Shown here one piece after another: positions 45,145-55,615 of a stretch of DNA of 64,000 bases (position 1 is the first letter of the stretch; each line of letters opens with the position of its first letter). The notes beneath the pieces are model-generated. The model was not told the DNA's origin, made no database searches, and worked only from the letters and a program-made list of their open reading frames with translations. The stretch is from a virus. The position numbers were made by a program, and so were the translations under genes. The stretch covers positions 1-64,000 of IMG/VR virus record IMGVR_UViG_3300009503_000020, one strand, 5' to 3'.

Positions 45145-45633
45145 ATGTCAACTACTCCTCAAGATATAGAGAAGAAGTTTCCTGAAGTTTATGGCTATTC
45201 TATAAAGAAGGAGAGGAAAGAACAGGTAACCATAAAAGGAATTTCTCTTGAGATAAAGAAGTATACAACTACACTTAAGACAGGTGGAATTAGAGTCTCA
45301 CTTATAGACAACACTAGTGAGTTCTTTCTCAAGTACAATGAGTACCTTGCATCTATAGAGAGTTTTAGACCTGCAGAAGAGAAAGCAATGAACATGTGGT
45401 CTTTCACTACTCTGTGCACAGCAGATCCAAGTCTAGAAGAGATGGGAGGAGCAGGGTTCTATGTGTATCAGAATCACCTTGTGTTCAATGAAGAAGAGAA
45501 GAGTGCTCCTCCTATAGATAGACTTACTAAGTTTATAGAACACTACAAGAAGAAGTTTGGTATTAGAACAAGACTCAAGGAAGATGATTTCTCAGACTTG
45601 GATGTTCTAGAGAGGACAACAGAGAATGAATAA
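45145..45633 (+). CDS. Hypothetical protein in the MoxR operon
   Basis: Coupled between the ATPase and the peptidase genes. Confidence 0.6.
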   Translation: MSTTPQDIEKKFPEVYGYSIKKERKEQVTIKGISLEIKKYTTTLKTGGIRVSLIDNTSEFFLKYNEYLASIESFRPAEEKAMNMWSFTTLCTADPSLEEMGGAGFYVYQNHLVFNEEEKSAPPIDRLTKFIEHYKKKFGIRTRLKEDDFSDLDVLERTTENE

Positions 45634-47449
45634 GGAACTAATTACTAAGAAGAATTTCAACAAGATAGCTAAGAGATTAGAGGAACTGCAAGTACGCAGT
45701 TGGAAGATGTCTAGACCTATATTCCCTAAGATGACTCTATACTTCAAAGTATTTCCTATAGAATCATATTTCTCTACTGTAGGTCAGATCTGGTGGGTCA
45801 CACCTTACTGGAGAGGAGATGCTTTTGCTCTCTCTATTTTGTTCCATGAAGGACATCACTGGAACATCTATCCACTAGATATATTTAGAGCTATCAAAGA
45901 TATCTTTGAAGCTAGAAGACTTCTTGCTGAGGAGATAGGATTCGTACCTGAGAAAATCCAGAAGTCTCTTTGGAGAGTAGAAGAAGACTGGAGTCAGTTT
46001 GCATACTCTACAGCTGAACTTCAGTTCGTTGAAAATATTCTCGGAGATTACTGTCTTGAAGGAACGACAAAGATCCTACTCCCTGGTGGTGCAGAAAAAG
46101 AAATCAGAGAGATAAAAGAAGGAGATATAATCCTAGGAGTAAGAAATGGAAAAGTGGTACCTACTCGGGTCTTAGGGATTGGGAAAACTCTTCACACTGA
46201 AATAATTGAATTCAGAGATGGAAAACGCCATTTAGTCACCTCCCCTGAACATAAAATTTTTTCTTATCCAGACTTTCAACTTAAACTAGCAAAAGAGTTT
46301 AATAATGAGAGTGTTTACTATTACTTGGATGATAAACTTGGGCAAAAGAACCTGGACAGAAGAACAGATACAATTCCTGAAGGAAAATTATCCGAAGATG
46401 ACAGCAAAAGAAATAGCAGCAAGACTAGGAAAAACAGTTCACAGTGTTCAAGGCTATGTTTACCTTCACGTAGATACTCTCTCCAAGCGAGAACTCTCAA
46501 GAAAAAGATGCCACCAGATAGTCACTTCATTTACAGAAACGGAGAAAGCTTATATTGCTGGAATTGTCGATGGGGAAGGAACGATTACGATCGTGGGAAA
46601 GAAATATCGACAACCAATGATATCAATATCCAACACTTCTTTCCTTCTCAAAGAATATTTCGAACGACTTGGCTTTCAAACTCGAGTGAAGACAAATTGG
46701 GCAGGAACAGAATACTTCTCACTTTACATAACAGGGCAACACAATATCAGAGAATTCCTAGTTGCTATCAAAGATTACTTAGTAATCAAGAAGGAACATG
46801 CCCAACTCTTGCTGCAGTGGTTAGAACTGAAAGCTCAACAGAAGGTTCATGGCAAAGACACTCCTCAAATGGAGGAACTATTCAAACGCTTGAAACTTTT
46901 GAACTCAAGACATCCACATTTAAGGTTATCAGAAAGAAAAAAACTGATCCAGTAATTCTCTATGATCTAAAAACTTCAACCGGTTCATTCTTTGCTAACA
47001 GGATTCTAGTCCACAATTGTGTGAATTTACATATACATGACAACTATCCTCTAGTGTGGAATGATCTCTGGCATTTCCTCTCAGTTGAAGGTACATTTTA
47101 TGAGAAAGAGAAAGCACTCAAGAGAGACACTACTTTCCTGTTATACTTAGCAGTCTATCCAGAGCTAATTCCAGGTTTAGAACAGATACCAGTCAAAGAG
47201 AAAGTTTCTGAAGAGAAGATACCTAAGATAGCTCACATTGTTAAACTATGTAAAGAAGGAAGGATTTCTACTCCCTATGCTATTAAAGAGCTAGCTAAGT
47301 TATTCCATGACAATATCCAACAGGATCTCAAAGAAGCAGAAGGAGAAGGGAAAGAAGGAGATTTCAAATGCCCCAAATGCCACTCAGATGAAGGGTGGGA
47401 GATAGTCTCATACTTTGATGAACAGAAAGGAAAGTGGTTAGATGTCTGA
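45626..47449 (+). CDS. Intein-containing HExxH putative metallopeptidase (DUF2201-N-like)
   Basis: LFHEGHH. Spliced junction ENILGDY|CVN parallels NVAVDAAVN in the 11428 protein. C-terminal CPKC. Confidence 0.7.
   Translation: MNKELITKKNFNKIAKRLEELQVRSWKMSRPIFPKMTLYFKVFPIESYFSTVGQIWWVTPYWRGDAFALSILFHEGHHWNIYPLDIFRAIKDIFEARRLLAEEIGFVPEKIQKSLWRVEEDWSQFAYSTAELQFVENILGDYCLEGTTKILLPGGAEKEIREIKEGDIILGVRNGKVVPTRVLGIGKTLHTEIIEFRDGKRHLVTSPEHKIFSYPDFQLKLAKEFNNESVYYYLDDKLGQKNLDRRTDTIPEGKLSEDDSKRNSSKTRKNSSQCSRLCLPSRRYSLQARTLKKKMPPDSHFIYRNGESLYCWNCRWGRNDYDRGKEISTTNDINIQHFFPSQRIFRTTWLSNSSEDKLGRNRILLTLHNRATQYQRIPSCYQRLLSNQEGTCPTLAAVVRTESSTEGSWQRHSSNGGTIQTLETFELKTSTFKVIRKKKTDPVILYDLKTSTGSFFANRILVHNCVNLHIHDNYPLVWNDLWHFLSVEGTFYEKEKALKRDTTFLLYLAVYPELIPGLEQIPVKEKVSEEKIPKIAHIVKLCKEGRISTPYAIKELAKLFHDNIQQDLKEAEGEGKEGDFKCPKCHSDEGWEIVSYFDEQKGKWLDV
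46052..47017 (+). mobile_element. Intein (322 aa) with out-of-frame homing endonuclease
   Basis: Block A CLEGTTKILL, block B TSPEHKIF, block F YDLKT..FFAN, block G VHN followed by C. Reading frame is open throughout. Confidence 0.9.
46305..46955 (+). CDS. LAGLIDADG endonuclease with N-terminal HTH, nested in the +1 frame of the intein
   Basis: YIAGIVDGEGTI motif; WTEEQIQFLKENY..EIAARLGKT HTH; LVIKKEHA C-terminus. Confidence 0.85.
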   Translation: MRVFTITWMINLGKRTWTEEQIQFLKENYPKMTAKEIAARLGKTVHSVQGYVYLHVDTLSKRELSRKRCHQIVTSFTETEKAYIAGIVDGEGTITIVGKKYRQPMISISNTSFLLKEYFERLGFQTRVKTNWAGTEYFSLYITGQHNIREFLVAIKDYLVIKKEHAQLLLQWLELKAQQKVHGKDTPQMEELFKRLKLLNSRHPHLRLSERKKLIQ

Positions 47450-47844
47450 AGAGTTTGAGTTCATTACTGAATGTCCCAAGTGTAAGCAGATAGTAACTGT
47501 AAGACGCATATTCTCTAAAGCAAAGTGTCCCTACTGTGGGTATAAGTTTGAACCAAAGATGCTAGCTGCAAGGAAAGCTTTCAACCCGTCTCTAAGGAGG
47601 AAAGAGAATGTCTAGAACATCTCTGAAATGTCCTAAATGTGGCTATCCTTTAAAGCCTCAAATCAGAACTAGATTAGGAGATCCTTTTGAAGTACCATTC
47701 AGGTGTGAACATTGCAATACAACTTGGATATGGCACAGTTGGCAAGAATACTATGAGAGTTGTTTCTTTGAAGATCTAGTTAGATTTGTGACTAAGAATT
47801 TTAATCCATCAATAAAGGGGAGTACTTTAAAACATGAAAGTTAG
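47442..47844 (+). CDS. Two small zinc-ribbon ORFs (47442-47615, 47608-47844)
   Basis: CPKC..CPYC and CPKC..CEHC; they overlap each other and the flanking genes. Confidence 0.6.
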
Positions 47845-48826
47845 AATAAAATGCAAGAACTGTGGTTACACTTGGGAAACTGATTTGCAACTTAGTCCAC
47901 TTGGGAGTCTTAAACCAGGCAAGAAAGGACCACTCTCAAGAATCAAGATAGACAAAGGCTCTCTAGATAAAATACTTGACATTGCTGCAGGAGCTTCTAG
48001 AGATGACCTAGAGAAATTAGGATTAGAGATAGACATAGAGGAATGGGAAGATGCTGTGGAGAGGCTAGCTCTTAGGAAATTCCTTCTTGAAAATTTAAGA
48101 GTATGTAGAGAAAAGAAACAGAAAACAGGAGAGAAGTATGTAGTAGGTACTGAACCGTTTGTTATGGGAGATAGTTTCAAGGATGTTGACATCCCGTCAA
48201 GTGAAGTGAAGAGTCTTGGTGTAGAAGACTTGAGAATGATACCAGGAGTTACTCTCCAAAAGAAGGTATATAGTATAACAAGAGGAAGAGATGAAGAAGA
48301 GCTAAAAGGTATTAAGTGCTTTGTGATTATAGATGGTAGTGGATCTATGATAACTGGGAAAGGACTCACATTCTCTGGAGGCAAGATAGGCAAAGCTCTC
48401 CTAATAGGGAAAGAGATCTATGAGATAACTAAGAAATTTGGATTTGATTATCAGCTTGCACTCTTCTCTGATGCAGGTGTGAGAGTGCCAAAGGAGAAAC
48501 TTAGAGAGTTCTGGGCTGATGCTAGTGAGAGAGCTAACTACAGGATATGGAATGGAGGTACAAGATTACAACGAGGCTTGGAACAGTTTACTGAGCAAGA
48601 ATACAGGGATGCTAACTTGATAGTTATCTCAGACATGGACTTAGGAGACTTCCAAGAAACTAAAGATGAGATCCTTAAGATATCTAAACTAACAAATAGC
48701 TTCAAGATAATTATAATAGAGACTCAAGACATAGACTTAGTTGAAAGAGAGAAGCAAGTGCGTGAGATATTTCCACCTGAAGCTCAATTGCAGATAATGG
48801 TAATACCTTTATCTGAAGGAAGTTAA
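47834..48826 (+). CDS. VWA-domain protein
   Basis: MIDAS IIDGSGSM, GGT and ISDMD; N-terminal CKNC. Confidence 0.85.
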   Translation: MKVRIKCKNCGYTWETDLQLSPLGSLKPGKKGPLSRIKIDKGSLDKILDIAAGASRDDLEKLGLEIDIEEWEDAVERLALRKFLLENLRVCREKKQKTGEKYVVGTEPFVMGDSFKDVDIPSSEVKSLGVEDLRMIPGVTLQKKVYSITRGRDEEELKGIKCFVIIDGSGSMITGKGLTFSGGKIGKALLIGKEIYEITKKFGFDYQLALFSDAGVRVPKEKLREFWADASERANYRIWNGGTRLQRGLEQFTEQEYRDANLIVISDMDLGDFQETKDEILKISKLTNSFKIIIIETQDIDLVEREKQVREIFPPEAQLQIMVIPLSEGS

Positions 48827-49059
48827 AAATAGGTCTAAATGGATAGGAAGTATGAGAGTATATGGCTAAGTTTAGAATGAAGAATGACTACTATGAAATT
48901 GTAATCAAGACAGGAACTGCCGAGAAACTAGAGATTGAAATTACTTTTAATGAGAAAGAAATAGCAGAACAGGAATTGAGAAATCTAGAGACATCTCTTC
49001 GTTTACTCTTGGAAGCATGCGGAAGATTTATCCCTAATCCCTCTAAAAGATGATATGCC

Positions 49060-49512
49060 TTGTTCAGATATAGCTTTGTTAAGTTCTCTCCTTACTACAA
49101 GAAACATGTCATGGAATTCCTCTCTTCTCTAAGTCTAGAGACAAGGAGCAACTTATCTCTGTCTGGAGTCGATCCTCAGACAATATATCATTCATTTAAA
49201 GAAGACTGGAACACAACAACTCCTGTTATGTTATTTAGAGACAATCAAGTATTGGCTATTGGAAAACTGAGACCCTATGAGGATGGAGTTTACTTGTCCT
49301 GTTTGGTTGTTAGAGATGATTATCAGAATCAGCACTTAGGAACTAGACTAGTAAAGTATATGTTTGCCTTATCCCTTCTGAATGGTTTTAATACTATGTA
49401 CACTGAAGTCAAGAAGGATAACCTAAGAGCACTAGCCTTCTTCAAATCACTTCACTTCAAGAGAATTGTAGAGAAAGAGATGACCTATTTAATGAAGAGG
49501 GACCTGCAATGA
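49060..49512 (+). CDS. GNAT acetyltransferase
   Basis: LVVRDDYQNQHLGTRL acetyl-CoA motif; NLRALAFFKSLHF. Confidence 0.8.
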   Translation: MFRYSFVKFSPYYKKHVMEFLSSLSLETRSNLSLSGVDPQTIYHSFKEDWNTTTPVMLFRDNQVLAIGKLRPYEDGVYLSCLVVRDDYQNQHLGTRLVKYMFALSLLNGFNTMYTEVKKDNLRALAFFKSLHFKRIVEKEMTYLMKRDLQ

Positions 49513-49909
49513 GAATGAGAAAGGAGAGAGTAGAACAATTGCTAGAAGAAGTTGAAGAACGTCTTAAAGAAACTAGACAACGGCTCTTGCATTATAAGGA
49601 AGAGGTTGAACTCTTGACATGTGCTAAGGCTTATCTTGAGTTTATCCTGCATGGCTTAGAAAGTAATCCTTCAAAGAAGAGGGGTAAGAATGCATAAAGC
49701 ATTATGGGAATGGTTTGGCAGAAGGATACGGAGCAAAGAAGAAGTTCCTCCAGGAATGGATTTCTGTGATAGTTGTGGAAGGCTATTCCCTAAAGAAGAA
49801 ATGCATCATGTGTTGATACCTGGAGAAGGAGAAGTAATTATATGTGAAGAATGCAGTGACAAGCCACCATCATCATTAAGATTCTTCTATAGAAGGTGGA
49901 GAAAGAAGA

Positions 49910-50329
49910 ATGCAGAAGAGTAAAGTATTCTATATAGATGGGTCTAGTACAGGCTTGTATGGGTTTTATGATCCAGAGACAAACCAGATGAACATCTTTG
50001 AAGACTATCCATGCACTAACAACCAAGGTGAGTGGTTAGCTTTATATTCTCTTGTATTGACCTTGCCTGAGTATTGGAGTGGAGTTGTGTATTCTGACTC
50101 TCAACTTATAGTGAACCAGTTCAATGGAAACTACAAGATTAAGAACTTGGAATTGAAGAGAATACATGACTTAGTTAAGACAGTCTGTTCAGAGAAGAAT
50201 CTGAAGCTAGAACTGAAGTGGGTCCCAAGAGAACAGAACATAGCAGGGAAGAAAATAGAGAAGGAATTGGCACATAGGAAGGTAAAGGTTTGGGAACACG
50301 AACGCATTCAAGCTTTCAATAAAGACTAG
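49910..50329 (+). CDS. rnhA: Ribonuclease HI-like protein
   Basis: YIDGS, TNNQGE, YSDSQL and WVPREQN. Confidence 0.85.
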   Translation: MQKSKVFYIDGSSTGLYGFYDPETNQMNIFEDYPCTNNQGEWLALYSLVLTLPEYWSGVVYSDSQLIVNQFNGNYKIKNLELKRIHDLVKTVCSEKNLKLELKWVPREQNIAGKKIEKELAHRKVKVWEHERIQAFNKD

Positions 50330-50337
50330 GTGAAAAT

Positions 50338-51891
50338 ATGCAGACTTTAATTCATTCAGGAGTGTATTTACCAACATATAATCCAATAGGTCTGACAATC
50401 AAGTTCAAAGGAAAAGAGATAGAACTAGAGCCTGAAGCAGAGTGCATGGCAATTGCTTTTGCTAAGAAATTTGATACACCATACTTAAATGATAATGTGT
50501 TTGTTACCAACTTCCTTCTAGACTTCTCTACCAAGCTAGGAATAGAGAAAGAAGATGGTTGTTTAGACTTAAAGAACTATGACTTTGAAGCTATCAAAAA
50601 ATACTTAGAAGAGACAAAAGCTAAGACAGAGGGTATGACTAAAGAAGAGAAGAAATTAGCTACTACTTTAAAGAAACAACTAAGAGAGCAACTGAAAGAA
50701 AAATATGGATATGCCTTAGTAGATGGAGTGAAGACTCCTGTAATGAATTGGGCAGTTGAACCTCCCTCGATATTTATGAGCAAAGGAAAGAACCCTCTCA
50801 GAGGACACTGGAAGAGAGCAATACGCAAAGAAGAGATTATACTTAATTCCTCTCAACCAATGGAAGGTTGGAATACAGTCTGGGAACCTAATGAGTTGTG
50901 GATAGCTAAATGGAAGGATGTCTTTGACCCTACTCGTTGGAAGTATGTCTGGTTGTCACCTGCCTCTCAGCTTAGACAAGAAAGAGAAAAGAAGAAGTTT
51001 GAAAAGGCAGAGAACTTAGCTAAGAATATTAAGAAACTAGAAGTATTCATAGACAAAGAACTGAAGAGTCCAGATGTAACTAGGAGAAAGCTAGCTACTG
51101 TATGTTGGTTAATGAAGAATTTAGGTATTCGAGTCGGAGATGAACGTATCGCAGGAGAACGTGGCACACTTGGTTGTACTACTCTCAAGGCAGAGAATGT
51201 CAAACTAGGTAAAGATGGTACAGTTTATCTAGACTTCACAGGCAAAGATTATGTTCATTGGATGAAGTCTTTCAAGCCACCAGAACAAGTCTACAAGAAC
51301 TTACAAGAGTTCAAAGAAACAGCTAAGGATGACTTTCTCTTTAAAGGACTTGACTCCAACAAAGTTTCTCGCTTCCTCAGAGAAGTCTTGCCTGGGATGT
51401 CAGCTAAGGTCTTCAGAACTTATCTAGCAGGAACAGTGTGGGATGAGAATGCTAAGGAGCATCTCAAGCTAGTAGATGGAAGAACTTCACTCCCTGTTAG
51501 ACTTTACCTGTTTAAGATGACTAACTTAGCAGTAGCCAAAACATTAAACCATAGAAGAGCCTTACCAAAGAATTACCAAGAGAGAATTGCTAAGAAAGAA
51601 GAACAACTAAAGAAGGAAACAGCTAAGCTAGAATCCTTGAAAGAAGCTCCTGAGTCTAAACTACTAAAACAACAGAGGAAGGCAGAGAAAATAGCTTGTG
51701 AGTTAAATCTCTTGAAAGAGACAGCAGAGTGGAACCTGAACACTAGTCTGACTAGTTATATTTCCCCTAAGAAGACACTCTACTTCTGCAAGAAAGCTGG
51801 ACTTAAACCAGAACAGATATATTCCAAGAGTCTCCAAGAGAAGTTTAGTTGGATAATTAAGAGGGATGAGGACGATACAGAGGAGAGCTGA
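50338..51891 (+). CDS. top1: DNA topoisomerase IB (eukaryote/TACK-like)
   Basis: VEPPSIF..GKNPLRG, GIRVGDE (Arg), FTGKD (Lys), KVFRTY (Arg), LNH (His), TSLTSY (Tyr). Confidence 0.92.
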   Translation: MQTLIHSGVYLPTYNPIGLTIKFKGKEIELEPEAECMAIAFAKKFDTPYLNDNVFVTNFLLDFSTKLGIEKEDGCLDLKNYDFEAIKKYLEETKAKTEGMTKEEKKLATTLKKQLREQLKEKYGYALVDGVKTPVMNWAVEPPSIFMSKGKNPLRGHWKRAIRKEEIILNSSQPMEGWNTVWEPNELWIAKWKDVFDPTRWKYVWLSPASQLRQEREKKKFEKAENLAKNIKKLEVFIDKELKSPDVTRRKLATVCWLMKNLGIRVGDERIAGERGTLGCTTLKAENVKLGKDGTVYLDFTGKDYVHWMKSFKPPEQVYKNLQEFKETAKDDFLFKGLDSNKVSRFLREVLPGMSAKVFRTYLAGTVWDENAKEHLKLVDGRTSLPVRLYLFKMTNLAVAKTLNHRRALPKNYQERIAKKEEQLKKETAKLESLKEAPESKLLKQQRKAEKIACELNLLKETAEWNLNTSLTSYISPKKTLYFCKKAGLKPEQIYSKSLQEKFSWIIKRDEDDTEES

Positions 51892-53402
51892 AGAATTCTA
51901 CAAAGGACTTAAAGAAGGTACTTGGTATTGTTTCCTATCTTACAGAGGAGAACTTGTTTGGTCTAATGATGAGAACAAGGTATGGTGCTCATTACTTAAC
52001 GATACCAAGTTTGATAGCAAATGGAAGTGGAATGCAGAGGAATCTCTTTGGGAAATAACTCTTGTGCCTAATAAGTCCTGTTATGTAGATGAGATAAGAG
52101 TCGAAGTATTAACTAAGAATGGGCTAATCTATGAAAGAACTATTTCCTTTGCTCCAATTTATATTGACAAAGGTGATGACTTCATCTGTCAAATTAAATT
52201 TGAAGGGTGGTAGTTTTGAAGACTTGTATTCTTTGCAATGCACCAATAGAAGACGGACAAACCTTATGTGAGAAGTGCTTACATAGAACTCTAGAAGCAT
52301 TAGAGAAAGAAGGAGGAGAATTAGTGCATAAACTAAAAGGTAGAGCTAAGAGTGATTTAACTAAACTAATCCAAGAAATATGCAAACATTGTCCTTACTT
52401 TCACAAAGACATCTCAGACCCTGCTTGCTCAACTTGCACTTACAAAGAAAAAGAGAAGCTTATACGAGCTTTCTTGGAGTAGTAGAGATGCATAAACACA
52501 AGGTATCTGAAACTCGTATTCGAAGCCTTTTGAAGACTGTATCTGCTAGGTTATTGGAAATACTTATAGACACTCTTCTTTTAGGGGTAATTTACTCTCT
52601 TCTAGGGATATCTAGACCCTATGAAATAGCTTTTAGTTTGTCAGTAGTTATAGAATGCTTGTGTGCTCTTGCTACTTATATCAATGAGAGGTTGTGGAAT
52701 AAAGTTCAATGGGGTAGGGAAGTAAGAGATGTCAGCAGCTGATTCTTGTAAGAATTCTCTATACTTTCAAAACCATAAGAGATTATTGAAGTGCCCTTTC
52801 TGCGGGTATAAGATGTCATGGTATGTGATATTTGCTTATGATACTACTTTAAAATACTGGTATTGTACAAAGTGTGGCTGTCAAGTCCCTGACAAGGAAA
52901 GATACTCCAAAAGTGAGTTATCTGCTATTAGGAAAAGGTATAAAGCTTCTTTAAAGGAAGACATTGAGAAGCTAGAAAAACAACTAGAGAAGAGACGAGA
53001 AGCACTCTCTCTTTGGGGTAAGTTTATGTCAGAGAAGAAGAAGGTTGAACTTCTTGCAGAAGAACTCCAGACTTAGAATAATGTTCTACAAAGATCACAG
53101 GTTTCCTGTTGTCTCATATCTAGATGAAGAGAAATGGAAAGCTGGAGTGTTTTATTTTCATGATATTCCTATGTGGTTGTACTTCTGGAATTGTTTACAA
53201 GACTTTGAGAGCTGGGCTGATGACAAGTGTGTTGTCTTTTACTTACCTCAAGAAGCTTCAGAAGGAATTCAATTGCTGTTTGAATTCTTAGAGAAGAGGA
53301 AGGAAGCTCACCTTACTCCCGAATTGTTTAGTCTAATTAAAGACAAGAAATGGGATGAGCTAGCTGATACCTTGGCTGTACGTAAACTAGCTAAGAGGAT
53401 AG

Positions 53403-53996
53403 ATGTGGAAAATGAAGAAAGTTAAAGTACCTACTGAAGAGCTTAGCTATCCATGTCCATCATGTGGTACCTACAATCTGCCTTACATGCACTCTAGAGA
53501 TGGCTATGCATACATGCTATGCAAGAAATGCAAGAAGCAGTATCGTACTTCAACAGCAGTGAGTGCTAACTTCAGGAAATTCTGCAGTAAGGTAGGATCT
53601 AAGCCAAATCGTTCACCTACATTCTACACTTCAAGTGAGAAGTCAGCTAAGCAGTACTTTGACAGGTTAGGATACAGAGAAGGGTTAGACTATTGGCATA
53701 ATGTAAGAGTTAAGTTGAATGGTACCTATTGCTGGTTGGACTTCTACTTCCCTAAGCTAGACTTGGCTGTTGAGATATCTCCTTCTGTGTGGCATAGAAT
53801 GTGGAACAGGCAAGAGGCAGACAAGAAGAAAGAAGATGCACTGAAGAAAGCAGGAGTAACCGTTATCTCATATCCTGAAGGCTGGATACGTAAGTTGAGA
53901 CATATAAAGAAACCAAAGCAGACTCTTGAGTATCTCACTAACCCAATGAACTTTGTCAGGAGAAAGCCTAAAGATGTTGTTCCGAAGAAACCCTGA
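53403..53996 (+). CDS. Zinc-finger plus DUF559/Vsr-like PD-(D/E)XK endonuclease
   Basis: CPSC..CKKC; WLDFYFPKLDLAVEI..WH..KEDALKKAGVTVISY. Confidence 0.7.
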   Translation: MWKMKKVKVPTEELSYPCPSCGTYNLPYMHSRDGYAYMLCKKCKKQYRTSTAVSANFRKFCSKVGSKPNRSPTFYTSSEKSAKQYFDRLGYREGLDYWHNVRVKLNGTYCWLDFYFPKLDLAVEISPSVWHRMWNRQEADKKKEDALKKAGVTVISYPEGWIRKLRHIKKPKQTLEYLTNPMNFVRRKPKDVVPKKP

Positions 53997-55051
53997 AAAA
54001 GGCCATGAGTCAAATAATAAGGAGGGACAGAAGTGATAATTGAAGCTGTGGGATATCTTGGTATGGGACTAGTGTTAGCTACACTTTATCTAAGCAGAAA
54101 GCATTTCCTGGAATCACAAGTGTGCAGTCTAATAGGAGGAGTTTGTTTAACAGCTAATGCAACTCTCATTGGTCCACCTGCAAATCCCTTTCAGATACTC
54201 AATGGTATTTGGACTATCATAAGCATTTTCAATATCTACAAGACACTGAGGGAGAGAAATGTCAAAGCAAGAAAGAAAATGTCCTAGCTGTGGTTCAACA
54301 GATGTCAAAGTCCTTTCTCTACCTTTAAATGATGAAGAGGAGTTTATCTATTGCAATACCTGTAAGAGTGTTAATGTAGTTACAAAGGTGAAAGTGAATG
54401 GGAAACAAACTAAAGAGTAGAAAGAAATGTCCTTTCTGTTTCAGTGAAGGTTATTTGTATAAGACTAAGAACGGACTAATGAGACATGTTATGTTTAATC
54501 ATATGTATGATAATCATTACAAACTAGTTTACCCTGGTTCTTACACTTGTGTATATCTTAGAGTAGAAACAGCAAAAGGATCTACATTTATCAAGATAAA
54601 AGATTGGGCTGAGGTTGAAGAATTCCTTGAAGATTATGTAACAGGATATAGGAATCCAAGTAAGAGGAGTATGAGGTTCTGGAAATATGTCACACCCTGA
54701 AGAGAAAGAGTGGCAAGAGTTAGAGGAAACAGGAAAGAAATATGAGGATATACTGTCTGAGATAAACAAGCTCTTCAGGCAGGAAGTAAGGAAGTTAGGT
54801 GTTAAGAAAAACGTCATACCTATGAAGTATATTCTACCAAAAGGTTATATTACCAGGTTACTAGAATATCCTGTGTTCAGGAGAGCATGGGAAAGAAAAC
54901 TCCTCTGGATATATCTGAAAAGTGATGATGAAAGGGAAGGACAGTGGCACTGTGTGCAATCCTTCCCTAATATCGGAGGAGTTCCTGTTGAAGAAGGGTC
55001 TGAATTAAGAGTAGAAATAGTTAGAATACCTAGAAGAAAGAGGAAACCAAA

Positions 55052-55615
55052 ATGCCAAGCATAGACCTAGAGAGTATATTCAAGCAACGGAGACTAAGTA
55101 CTGTACCCATCTACCAGACACTGAAAAAGGATGAGATACATATCTACTTAGCTGGTCCAATCTCCTTTGCTGAAGATCTCCAGGACTACAGAAGGCAGCT
55201 ACGAGAAGGTCTAATGAAGATATCTCCAAAGTTTAGGATACATGATCCTTGGGAGAGAGAACAGGTTACTCATCCAACTAAGATAGACTTAGAGCCAGAA
55301 GGAATTGAAGAGAGAAAGCAGATGGCTGAAGAGATAATAACTACAGACCTGAAAGACATAGCTGCATGTGATATAGTACTAGCTTACCTATTTAGGATTG
55401 GAATGGGTAGTTCAATGGAGATCTTCTTTGCTTCAAGAATACTAAAGAAACCTGTTATAGTTATCTACCAACCAACTGAAGAAGGAAGTGGACATGTGCC
55501 TCTGTGGTTGCTAGGACATGCAAACTTGATATTTCAATCTAAGAGAGGTTTGTATGCTTGGTTAAGGAAAGCATTTGAGGAGTTGGGAGAAGATGAGAAT
55601 CAAATCAAAACCTGA
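55052..55615 (+). CDS. Nucleoside 2-deoxyribosyltransferase-like / nucleotide N-glycosidase
   Basis: IYLAGPI, DLKDIAACDIVLA and GSSME. Confidence 0.75.
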   Translation: MPSIDLESIFKQRRLSTVPIYQTLKKDEIHIYLAGPISFAEDLQDYRRQLREGLMKISPKFRIHDPWEREQVTHPTKIDLEPEGIEERKQMAEEIITTDLKDIAACDIVLAYLFRIGMGSSMEIFFASRILKKPVIVIYQPTEEGSGHVPLWLLGHANLIFQSKRGLYAWLRKAFEELGEDENQIKT

